Assembly: GCA_024346625.1 (NCBI GenBank)
Contig: AP024664.1
Location: forward strand, 1,550,001-1,614,000
Origin: Williopsis jadinii
Lineage: Eukaryota
Length of the DNA: 64,000 nucleotides
Reading direction: 5' to 3'
The position numbers and the translations under genes are program-made. A model generated the notes under the pieces. The model was given only the letters and a program-made list of their open reading frames with translations, was not told where the DNA came from and made no database searches. This document shows positions 45,922 through 55,354 of this stretch, piece by piece; the stretch's first letter is position 1, and each line of letters opens with the position of its first letter.

Positions 45922-47217
45922 CTAACGGGAGTATGGATGGTATCCACCTCTTCTCCCACCCCTTCTTGCTCCTCTTCCACCTGGTCCTCTAGGGAAATGG
46001 TCATATCCTCTGGAATGGGAATCACCACCATGGTGTTGATAGTTATTGTGACTGCTGTACTGAGCAGGTCCAGAGGGCAATTGCTGTTGCTGTGATGACT
46101 CCTGGCTCTGCTGAGCTGCTTGAGGCACCTGTGGCATTGTTGCTCCTTGAGCACCTTGCATAGCCATTGCACCTCCTTGTTGTTGAACCATGGCCCAATA
46201 CTGTTGCAATCTTTGGAAATACTCAGTCATCATCTCCTGAGAAGCATTTCCCGCAAAGTTATTCATGCCCTGTTGCATGGCCTGTTGCATCATATCTGAC
46301 ACCGGGTTGGCACCCTGCTGTTGCATGTAACGGTTCTGCTGGTAGTTATGGTGGTTGTGCTGTTGCTGTGGTCCCCTTGGTTCTGCTCTCTTCACCTCGA
46401 TCTGCTTACCTTCAAAGTCGAGGTATCTGCTCTGGCATACACGGTCCACAGCTTCTGATGAGTCAAACGTCACAAAGCCAAACCCTCTGGATCTACCGGT
46501 GTCCTTGTCGAGCATCAACTGGGCATCGATGATCTCACCGTACTTAGCAAAGAAATCTTCAAACTGCGAAGGACGGATATCTGGAGGCAGTCCACCGACA
46601 AAGATCTTGCCTGTCTTGTTCTGCTCCTCTCTTGGGATAGATCTCTTGGGATCGATAACCTTACCATCAAGCACATGTTCCTGTCTGAGAACTTTGTTCA
46701 CCGACTCCTTGTTGGCAAACGTCAAGAACCCAAATCCACGGGATCTTCCGGTAGATGGTTCTCTCATGATTGTGTGGTCGACAACCTCACCAAACTGTGA
46801 GAAGTACTCCTTCAACGAGTCCTCCGTGGTGTCCCAATCCAATCCACCAATGAACATCTTTCCAGCATCACGGCTGAGGTCAGCTTTAGGCTTATCACTG
46901 GTGGATGTGGACAGCGATGAATCTGTCGTTGCAGGGGCAGTGGTGGTCTGCTGGGACACGTTAGATTCAGATGGAGTGGTTTCCTTTGGAACCACAGCAT
47001 CGTTGTGGGACTCCTCTGCGGATGACAACGAAGGTCCAGTGGACTCAGCAGCAGAGCCTGGTTGCTCTGCGTTGTCGACAGTGTCTTTTGGTGCTTCAGA
47101 GGCCTCCTCGCCAGCTGTTACCTCCTTAGCAGCCTCCTCCTTCGGCTCTTCAACGACAGGTGCCTTCTCCTCCTCGTAAATATCGTCAAAGAGGGCTTCC
47201 TCGTCAGACAATGACAT
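45922..47217 (-). CDS. HRP1: CF IB mRNA 3'-processing hnRNP (2 RRMs, RGG/PY-NLS tail)
   Basis: KMFIGGL...GRSRGFGFLTF...LDGKVIDPKR.IPREEQ.KTGKIFVGG; ends GGYHPYSR. Confidence 0.93.
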   Translation of the reverse strand: MSLSDEEALFDDIYEEEKAPVVEEPKEEAAKEVTAGEEASEAPKDTVDNAEQPGSAAESTGPSLSSAEESHNDAVVPKETTPSESNVSQQTTTAPATTDSSLSTSTSDKPKADLSRDAGKMFIGGLDWDTTEDSLKEYFSQFGEVVDHTIMREPSTGRSRGFGFLTFANKESVNKVLRQEHVLDGKVIDPKRSIPREEQNKTGKIFVGGLPPDIRPSQFEDFFAKYGEIIDAQLMLDKDTGRSRGFGFVTFDSSEAVDRVCQSRYLDFEGKQIEVKRAEPRGPQQQHNHHNYQQNRYMQQQGANPVSDMMQQAMQQGMNNFAGNASQEMMTEYFQRLQQYWAMVQQQGGAMAMQGAQGATMPQVPQAAQQSQESSQQQQLPSGPAQYSSHNNYQHHGGDSHSRGYDHFPRGPGGRGARRGGRRGGYHPYSR

Positions 47218-47753
47218 GCTGCTTGCTTGTTTGGCTGTTTTCAGGCGGGTACAGTTTGGTATCTGGAGAGTTATGTGTGATTTAACACTATAAAGAGCGT
47301 TTGTCTTGTTTCGGTTGTCTCAACAGTAACAACTAATCAAAGAACAGTATAAGGAAAGTAAAGAAAAAAAGTAAAGAGCGATGGTCTCCTTAACAAGTTT
47401 GTATTGTGCAATATGTACAAACAACCTATGTCCTATATCCTGTTATATAGTGCGTATCCACAAGGCTTTGTCCCTCTTTTATGAGTTGTGAGATGCTGAA
47501 GCTTATGGAAGCAAATTCCTCTGCGGCGAAAACAAAAATGTGTTGAAGCTGGGAAACCCCCGTTTGGGACAAATGTTGAAGGAGGCAAAGAGAAAAGTTT
47601 TTTTCGCGAATTTGTCCGGACAGAGATTGTCGTTTTTTTTTTCACTCACGTTCTTTTTTCGGCTGGTTTCGCCAAATTTGCGTAAAGCTTCAAGAGAGAA
47701 AAATCTTCGAGAGGTCATCGCATGGAGAAGAGGACATAAAGCACTGAAGCCAT

Positions 47754-47783
47754 CACGGAGAAGCCCACCACGGAGAAGCCCAC
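47754..47783. repeat. 15-bp perfect tandem duplication (CACGGAGAAGCCCAC x2) in the TRM11 5' leader
   Basis: Read directly from the sequence. Confidence 0.85.
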
Positions 47784-47792
47784 TTGTCCACC

Positions 47793-49127
47793 ATGAAAGA
47801 GTACGTGATATTCCTTGCGCAGCAACATCCAACCTTCAGGGTGGCAGAACTGCGAGCCTTAGCTGATCTGTACAAATTTGAAGTGGACCTCTCGGGACAC
47901 GATGAGAAGAGCCCATTTCTGATTGTACGATTGGAGAACGATGACCAGGCATCCAAGCTCGTGTCCCGTGGCATCCTGTCCAGGGGTATCTATGAGCTCT
48001 GGGGAGTTGGTGACACTGAAGAGGAATTACACCAGGATGTGAAGAGAAGATCGTCTCATCTGTGGGAGAAGTACAACCAGTGTACTTTCAAATTTGACGT
48101 TTTGGCGTACAAGGGCAAGAGATCAAACGTTGAAAAGATCAGACTGATAGAGAGATTTGGCTACCTGGACTTCCACGGTGCCATCAGAATGAAGAACCCT
48201 GACCAGGTGTTCACCATCTTGGAGCATTACACCCCACCGACTGAGCATGACGCTGCCGAGTTGCCTAGCAAGTACTACTTTGGAAGAGAAGTTGAGCTTA
48301 GTGGGAGATCGAGAGGAGTGCTGGAGAAGTACGACTTGAAGAAAAGAAAGTACATTGGCACCACCACCTTTGAAGCAGAACTGGCGTTGGTGACGTGTAA
48401 TTTGGCACACTGTGTGCCGGGGAGCATCATGTACGACCCGTTTGTTGGAACTGGGTCTTTCCTCGTTGCCGGTGCCCATTATGGATGCCTTACAGTGGGG
48501 TCTGACATCGACGGACGCTTGATCAAAGGTAAGGGCAACGCCAACATCAAGGCCAACTTCAAGCAGTATGGAATGCCACACCTGTTCATGGACGTGCTGA
48601 CCATGGACTTCACCCACAATGCTCTGCGAGACGACTTGGTGATCGACACCATCGTGTGCGATCCACCTTATGGAATCAGAGAAGGACTGAAGGTGCTGGG
48701 CGCAAAGAACCCAGAGAGATTCGAAGGTAAGGAGAACATTGAGATTGATGGAGAAAAGGCATACCTGAAGAAAGATTACATTCCAACCAAGAAGCCCTAC
48801 GAGCTCGATTCACTGCTATACGACCTTTTGGAGTTTGCCTCACGCAGATTGCCAATAGGAGGAAGACTGGCATTTTGGATGCCAACTGCCAACGATAACT
48901 TTGAACCAACCATCATCCCGTTGCATAGAAACCTCGAACTGAAGCACCACCTCGTCCAGGAGTTCAACAAGTGGTCAAGAAGGCTTCTCGTCTACGTCAA
49001 TCACGGTGATGGGTACAACGGCGAGGAGAACAGAGCAGTAACCATGCACCAAGAGTTTAGAAAGATGTACTTTAGATCACGTAGAGGGGAAGGTACAACT
49101 CTTGCTGACCAAGAGAAGGAAGAATGA
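47793..49127 (+). CDS. TRM11: tRNA m2G10 methyltransferase
   Basis: YDLKKRKYIGTTTFEAEL, MYDPFVGTGS, GSDIDGR, IVCDPPYGIRE. Confidence 0.95.
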   Translation: MKEYVIFLAQQHPTFRVAELRALADLYKFEVDLSGHDEKSPFLIVRLENDDQASKLVSRGILSRGIYELWGVGDTEEELHQDVKRRSSHLWEKYNQCTFKFDVLAYKGKRSNVEKIRLIERFGYLDFHGAIRMKNPDQVFTILEHYTPPTEHDAAELPSKYYFGREVELSGRSRGVLEKYDLKKRKYIGTTTFEAELALVTCNLAHCVPGSIMYDPFVGTGSFLVAGAHYGCLTVGSDIDGRLIKGKGNANIKANFKQYGMPHLFMDVLTMDFTHNALRDDLVIDTIVCDPPYGIREGLKVLGAKNPERFEGKENIEIDGEKAYLKKDYIPTKKPYELDSLLYDLLEFASRRLPIGGRLAFWMPTANDNFEPTIIPLHRNLELKHHLVQEFNKWSRRLLVYVNHGDGYNGEENRAVTMHQEFRKMYFRSRRGEGTTLADQEKEE

Positions 49128-49230
49128 TGAATATAATTAGAAATAAAGAGCATGCAATGAAGTTAATCAAAAAAAATGTTGGAACATGTGTTCCTTCCTG
49201 TGTGTACTGTGTGTAGTTCTTTCCCCCCAA

Positions 49231-50061
49231 TCAATATGAGCAACATGAGTTCTTCCTGGTTAGATCATCTCTTGTGGTTGATAGGTCGATGCTTCTCTTA
49301 TTTCGCAGCCGTTGTTCGTCGAAATAGCATCTGTTTTCCACGAGGTCCTTTATCACTGTGTCGAACAGCCCATAAACCAGCGACGAGTATTTGGCACTCA
49401 CCTCGAAGGCTGCGTTGATCTTGAAGCCCGGGTACTTCTCCTTGACAAACGTCAAGAGCTTCTTGACGTCGTCTTTACATACGGCCTTGTTCTCCTGGTC
49501 CAGCTTATTGCCAACCAAATAGAACACCGTCCTCGAAGTGTCGCAGTTCTCATAACACTCCTGAATCCAGTGGTATAGCCCCAAGAAGGACTTCGGGTCT
49601 GTAACGTCGTACGTCAACATCACCCCGTTGGTTCCCTTGTACAACGACGGTATAACGTTACGGTATCTCTCCTGTCCTGCAGTGTCCCATATAACCGTTT
49701 TGAAGAAGCTCCCGTCGACATTCACCACCTTCACCTTGAGATCCACGCCAACCGTGGTCTTCGTACTGTTCTCCAGGAAGATGTCATCGCAGTAGCTTAT
49801 TATGAGTGACGACTTCCCTACGCTGGCATCTCCGATGAGCAGGAGCTTGATCACGTTGCTCGTCTTTACTCGCGTGCTGTAGCTCGGGTCGTGTGCCACG
49901 GTGTGTACGCTCTCCACTGGGTCAGACACCGACCTCATCGTCGACGTCAATTGATGATTGATGTTGATGTTGCTGGACTGGAACGCTGCGCTTATGGGCA
50001 CTATCGGGCTCCCGCTGGAATTCCGTATGTAGCTTCGTCTCTTCTCCTTCTTTTCACTCAT
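49231..50061 (-). CDS. YPT11: Atypical Rab GTPase with N-terminal extension
   Basis: KLLLIGDASVGKS, WDTAGQERY..IPSLYK, VGNKLD, DLVENRC, C-terminal CCSY; IPSLYK and DLVEN.C are Ypt11-like. Confidence 0.75.
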   Translation of the reverse strand: MSEKKEKRRSYIRNSSGSPIVPISAAFQSSNININHQLTSTMRSVSDPVESVHTVAHDPSYSTRVKTSNVIKLLLIGDASVGKSSLIISYCDDIFLENSTKTTVGVDLKVKVVNVDGSFFKTVIWDTAGQERYRNVIPSLYKGTNGVMLTYDVTDPKSFLGLYHWIQECYENCDTSRTVFYLVGNKLDQENKAVCKDDVKKLLTFVKEKYPGFKINAAFEVSAKYSSLVYGLFDTVIKDLVENRCYFDEQRLRNKRSIDLSTTRDDLTRKNSCCSY

Positions 50062-50699
50062 CACGGGCGATTATGTTTGATTGCTTCCACTCCCGTCCTC
50101 TTCTTCAGCTGTTCCTTCCCGCAAGCTCCTCCTTGTCCGGTGATCCAAGGTCAATTTGTCTGTTTGTCCGGCGTGCTTGTGTGTGTTTTTTGAGCCCGCT
50201 ACAAAGTTGTCTGTTTTTTTGTTGTTGGCCCTTTGTCCACACAGAGCCGATGGCCTTATTTTTTTGTCTCGCTTGTCTGTGTGTCTCTTTGGCGTGGAAT
50301 TTGGGACAAAGGTGTACTAAATCGCGCCCGGTGGACAAGACTAAAAAAAAGCAGACAAACTCAAAACCCCAGACGGACAGACAGACACAGCTTGGGACCA
50401 TGGACAGTTGGACAGATGGTTTTGGTTACTTCGATCAATGGCTATTTCACCATCATGTCCATCGCCACTGAACAAGGGCTCTTTGTGTGCTGTTTCGGTT
50501 CCTACAAATGTGTCCAATTGTATGTATTGAAAAACGACGGCTCACAGTACGCGTGGGAGCCGTTCCAACTGGGATGTAGGTACAAACCATTTGTCCAGTC
50601 AAGTGTCGTACGAGACATGTCTCGTCCAACATTCCCCATACCAACCACCTCTTTGGATGTAGGAGGAAGCACCCATGATGGTGATTGCGGGCACCGTTA

Positions 50700-51845
50700 T
50701 CACTTCTGACACCTATACAGACCCATGTGGATCAACGTTGACGAGTCTGAGTACCAACGTTGTCTTTGCAGTGTGAAATTGGCCATACACTTGGTGAAGA
50801 ATTCACTCTCTGATAATGGCTCTCTGAACTTGTGTGCTATCAGGACAACGGTATGGGATGAGCTTTCCCTCTGTAAGACATGGAGTAGTGCATCGTAGTA
50901 CAATGGGTTGTATGTGCAGTCAGTAACGATGATGACGTCCCACTTTACCCCATTTTGCTCTTCAACTTCCCAGTCGAGCTCCTCGAATGAACAGTTATCA
51001 CATCCATTGAGATCGATGTTCATCTGACAAATCTCTCTCGCGTCGTCAAGATCAGTGGCACACACCTTGGAATTGGGGAAGTGTTTGCTCATCTTGATGG
51101 AGACCACACCAATACCTGTGCCGAGTTCCAATATGTTCAAACGGTCGTGATCCAAGATTGTGTCTCCTTTAAATAAGAAACTGATCAGCTCATCTCTTGG
51201 TAGACTCACCACTAGATTACCAGCATCCCACAGATGTCTTGCAATGCTTCCAGATAACTCCTCGTAGATTTTTACGCCGTTGAGTGTCCTTAGGGCAATC
51301 CTATCGGTCTTGATTGGTAACTCTTGGTTAATCTGAGGCACCTCCAGTAGATCGCTCGATATGGGAATGAACTGCACTCCAGTATTCCTCACCATTTCAG
51401 TTTCATAACCTCTGAACACATCCACTATGTCAGTTCCTTCCAGTGTTTGATCGACCATTTCAGTCGTGTCGAGATCTTCGTAATTCATTGCATCGTGCAC
51501 TTCAGCATCGTCATCAATGCTGGTGTATACCGATACAAACCCACCAGTACCACTCGGGTTAAGCTCTTTCCCAGATAAACATGCTTTGAAGTTCATGGCT
51601 CTGTTACCAGGACACCATTTCTCCGTTAAAGTGCTCACAATGGTGTAAGCCTCTGTGAATCGTCTCTTCTCGTACAGTCTCACCTGGAAAGTAACAACAG
51701 TTTCCCCATAGAAGAATTGCTCCCCGAGGTCATTTGTTAGAGATATAGTGGTGGAAAGCTCATACTGTGGGTCTTTTCTGTCACTCCTTACAGCTGAACT
51801 GTTCCTCGAGATGGTCAATGGTTTCAAGTACTTGATCTGATGCAT
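50700..51845 (-). CDS. Methyltransferase family 16 (METTL21-like protein lysine MTase) with fungal N-terminal domain
   Basis: EELSGSIARHLWDAG, ILELGTGIG, ATDL, ELDWE, DVIIVTDCTYN. Confidence 0.85.
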   Translation of the reverse strand: MHQIKYLKPLTISRNSSAVRSDRKDPQYELSTTISLTNDLGEQFFYGETVVTFQVRLYEKRRFTEAYTIVSTLTEKWCPGNRAMNFKACLSGKELNPSGTGGFVSVYTSIDDDAEVHDAMNYEDLDTTEMVDQTLEGTDIVDVFRGYETEMVRNTGVQFIPISSDLLEVPQINQELPIKTDRIALRTLNGVKIYEELSGSIARHLWDAGNLVVSLPRDELISFLFKGDTILDHDRLNILELGTGIGVVSIKMSKHFPNSKVCATDLDDAREICQMNIDLNGCDNCSFEELDWEVEEQNGVKWDVIIVTDCTYNPLYYDALLHVLQRESSSHTVVLIAHKFREPLSESEFFTKCMANFTLQRQRWYSDSSTLIHMGLYRCQK

Positions 51846-52011
51846 TTAATACCCCATACTACTCCATTGTTTTGTTCGTACAAGTTCAATATTGGAAACA
51901 GGGAAAATTTTTTGATACCACCGTCTGGGTCTACCGTACGCTCAGCAATAGGCCATTTGTATTTTATTCTCTTCCTAATTTCATATATACAAGAAACGAC
52001 GAATCCTAACT

Positions 52012-52779
52012 TCACTGACTCTTCACTTGCTCAATCACATCTCTGAACTTCTCCCTCGCAGCCTCCGGGTTCTTCAAGAGGTACTTTCTCAAGATGTTCT
52101 TCTTAACACCCTTCTTCAACTCTGAGGGCTCCTTCTTTGAAACCTCCTTCAACAGGTCGTCAACCCTGGCAGCGTACTCCTCCTCCATGAGCTTGGATAG
52201 CACTGGGTCGACAAAGTCAATTGTGTCCTGTAGCGATCTCACCTTCTCCTTGAGGGTTTGGATCTCTAGCTCTAGAACCTCCTTCTGTGGGGGCCAGCTC
52301 TTGATTCCATACTTCTCCTTAATCTGCGCAATCTTCTCTGTCTCTTCGGCACTCAGCTCGCCTTGTGCAGTCACAACACCCTTTGCGATGAAGGACAGGT
52401 CCGATATCAGTGAGCTGTTGTTCTTGATCTCCAGCTCGGTTTTGGCTCTTCTGTCCAAAAACTCTTTGGTCTTCACGTTCTCCTCGAGTAAGACCTGCTG
52501 CTTCGCAACCTGGTCGTATTTGGCAAACTGCGAACCCTTGTTCTTTCTAATCTCGGCAATGGCAAAGCTCTTCTTCGCTGACAGCGGACGGCAGGCCTCG
52601 ATACGCACAATATCACCTTCTCTAGCAATGTTACCTTCGTCATGCACCAGGAAGTTCTTTCTCTTCATAATCTCCTTGTTGATGATTCGGTTGAAAGTCT
52701 TTCTCTCAACTTGGACCTTCACGGTCTTGTTCATTTTGCCCTGCGATACCACCAGGCCTATGAAGTTCTGACGAGCCAT
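52012..52779 (-). CDS. MRPS17: Mitochondrial ribosomal protein uS17m
   Basis: MARQNFIGLVVSQGKMNKTVKV...LVHDEGN...GDIVRIEACRPLS. Confidence 0.95.
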   Translation of the reverse strand: MARQNFIGLVVSQGKMNKTVKVQVERKTFNRIINKEIMKRKNFLVHDEGNIAREGDIVRIEACRPLSAKKSFAIAEIRKNKGSQFAKYDQVAKQQVLLEENVKTKEFLDRRAKTELEIKNNSSLISDLSFIAKGVVTAQGELSAEETEKIAQIKEKYGIKSWPPQKEVLELEIQTLKEKVRSLQDTIDFVDPVLSKLMEEEYAARVDDLLKEVSKKEPSELKKGVKKNILRKYLLKNPEAAREKFRDVIEQVKSQ

Positions 52780-53111
52780 TCTTAAACAGTTTAGATCCCT
52801 TGTCCTTCGAGAGTTATGTCCTGTTCGATGGGTACCAATTTGTCCAATTTTTCACTTTTGTCTACGGGAAGCGGCTTCCTCGAGGACAAAGACAGAGCGG
52901 ACGAAAAAAATTCGCATGAGGTTAGGTAGGGTAACACTTCTGGCCGGTAGATGTCATACGCACTTTTGTTGGTTGCATTTAGCCATGTTTCTACGGTTGC
53001 GAGCGTGTTTGAAGATCTTCAATATTTGTTTATTAGTTTAATCAATCCGTCAAATAGTTGCTAAAGCTTTAGAAGAAGTGATAAAAAAGTGGAAACATAG
53101 CTGTTGTGAGC

Positions 53112-53720
53112 TTAGTAGACGAGCTTACTCAAGATGTTGAGCACACCAGCTAGCAAAGCACGCAGGGCACCATCCAAGTTGAAGTGCTTCAACTCGCCAG
53201 AGACGTTGGAGATGGTGGTGATCAAGAGGGTCACCAGGGCCTTGACGTTGTCGATGTAGGCGGTGATCTCCTCGTTGACGGAGTTTTCGATACCAAGAGT
53301 AGTGACGATGTTGTCCAAGAGGTTCAACGCCTTCTGCAACGAAGCCTCCAGGGAGTCTGCAATGTCCTCGTGGTTGGTGAGGGAGCCCAGTGCGTCCAGG
53401 GTATCGTTCAAAAGAGTGACAACCACCGAGATAACTTCTCTGACGATCTCTGTTGGATAAACAGTGCCTTCAACAACACCGACAAGTTGGTTCAAAATGC
53501 CGGTGATGTTGACCAAAGAGACGGAGGCTGCGTCATACCCGTCCGCTGGCAAGACAACGGCAGAGGTCTGAGCAGGTTCAGTAGAAGTTGTAGCAACAAC
53601 GGCGCTGGTAGCATCGTCATGGGCAATAGCAACGGCCTGTGGGCCTGCAACAGCAGCTGGAGCTGCAACGACAAAGGTGGCCAAGCAGAGGGCAACGATG
53701 GAAGAGGAGGAGAACTTCAT
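53112..53720 (-). CDS. Secreted amphipathic alpha-helical protein, unknown family (acidic paralog)
   Basis: Signal peptide MKFSSSSIVALCLATFVVA, A/T/S linker, L/V/I helical repeats; TATAAAA ~80 bp upstream. Confidence 0.8.
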   Translation of the reverse strand: MKFSSSSIVALCLATFVVAAPAAVAGPQAVAIAHDDATSAVVATTSTEPAQTSAVVLPADGYDAASVSLVNITGILNQLVGVVEGTVYPTEIVREVISVVVTLLNDTLDALGSLTNHEDIADSLEASLQKALNLLDNIVTTLGIENSVNEEITAYIDNVKALVTLLITTISNVSGELKHFNLDGALRALLAGVLNILSKLVY

Positions 53721-54733
53721 TTCAGATTAGATTCGGATACTGGTGGTAGCTTGGAGACTACAACTTCAATATTGGAGCAGATCATGATTTAGGTCTACTT
53801 TTATATTCGAAATATCCCCTGTTGTGTATACAAGTATGGGTTTTCTGATCCATGGACCATTTCCGCAAATCAATTGTGTGATTTCTAAAGGCAACACAGG
53901 GGTTTCATGTTGATCATCTGGCGAACTACTGTGCTTGTTGAGACTTGTGTGCCATATGAGCATCATCTGGCATCATTGAAAAGAAAGGGAGAAATACTGG
54001 AATTGCGCCATAATCTGAAACACATCAGCTGGGGTTTGGTGTGTCGCTGAGAAGAAAGGCACCAATACGATAATACAGATCAACTCTGGATTCTGTACAG
54101 TTCCAAATAGCTATTCAAATCGTATTATAAATATGGCTCGCTGTCAGTCTCCTCGAGCCTCTCAGATAGCTATAAGACTCAATCTCTGACACAATGGCCC
54201 TATTGGTTCAAACTAGTTTAATATGGCTCTCATTCTCGGTTCTTCCCTTTCAAGAGGTTGCGTACTTTCTGAAATTGCATCAGAATTGAGTATCATTGGT
54301 CTTATTATCATCAATCCCGGAATATCTTTGTAGAGGAAGACGCCACATGATGTCGAGTTTTACCGATACGTACTAGTTATTTGCTCGCATCATTGAGAAC
54401 TGCGCTTTAGCAAATATTATTTGAGCATGGTCTACTTGTTTCTCTTCTCACCACAGTAAACTTGAAATTAGGGAAATCTCTATGCATAATCCCAACTGAT
54501 AATAATAACCAGATATGCTGTGATGCAACCGGCACCATTATGACACATTTACCACGTTATGTCTCATTGTAAGACATTCACAACTGAATGGCAACAGTAA
54601 GATGAGGCGTATATATGACAAGTGCTAAATACATGCTACACTGCTGTTTTTCAATAAATCGAATATGTATTGTACGCCAATGGCACTCGAGAAACAGATA
54701 CGTCTGGGAGAAGGCATAACAGAACGGTGTTAC

Positions 54734-55354
54734 TTACAAAGTGGTCAATAAGGTGGTCATAATCGACCAAAGATAGCTCAATAAGGAACTAACAAGGCCA
54801 ATCAAATTCAAAGACAACAAGTTACCAAGAATACCCGACCATCTATGAACAAACACAGTGAGCAGAGTCATGAAAGTCGAGATAATCCGAGCTAACCCGG
54901 CATTCAGTGTAGTATCCAATACTCTTTTCTCCAAAAGACCCTCTAGAGCAGAAATAGCTTGAGCTAATAAGCTCTTCATGGCATTGGTGAGCTCAGACAA
55001 GTCGGTGATGCTACCCAGGGATTTCAATATCCCATTAACCAAGCCAACTATAACAGAAACGATATCACCAACAGCTTTCGCTGGCAATGTGGTTCCCTTC
55101 AGCAGCCCAGTGATACTACTCAAAAGCTTGGTGACCTCGCCGAGAGCAGCACCAGTACTGACCAGGTCAGAAGAACCAGGCAAAGACAAAGCCAGGCTTG
55201 GTGTCTCATTTGCACTTGGAGCTGATACTACTGAATACGAGGCTTCTGCATCTTCTGTGATTGCAACACCTTGAGGTTTAGCTATGGCAACTGGGACAAC
55301 AGAAACACCTGCACCCAATACAAGAGCGAGAATAGAAGATGTGGAGCACCTCAT
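54734..55354 (-). CDS. Secreted amphipathic alpha-helical protein, paralog of 53112-53720
   Basis: Colinear similarity (SSI.AL.L; PQ.VAI..D; GT..P...V...SV.V.L.N..L..LGS.T); signal peptide. Confidence 0.75.
   Translation of the reverse strand: MRCSTSSILALVLGAGVSVVPVAIAKPQGVAITEDAEASYSVVSAPSANETPSLALSLPGSSDLVSTGAALGEVTKLLSSITGLLKGTTLPAKAVGDIVSVIVGLVNGILKSLGSITDLSELTNAMKSLLAQAISALEGLLEKRVLDTTLNAGLARIISTFMTLLTVFVHRWSGILGNLLSLNLIGLVSSLLSYLWSIMTTLLTTL

Noticed and set aside
46355..47179. 274-aa + strand ORF (and similar shadows at 52094, 53184, 58179, 16853, 23211, 63354)
   Set aside because: Antisense shadows of well-supported genes, caused by codon bias.
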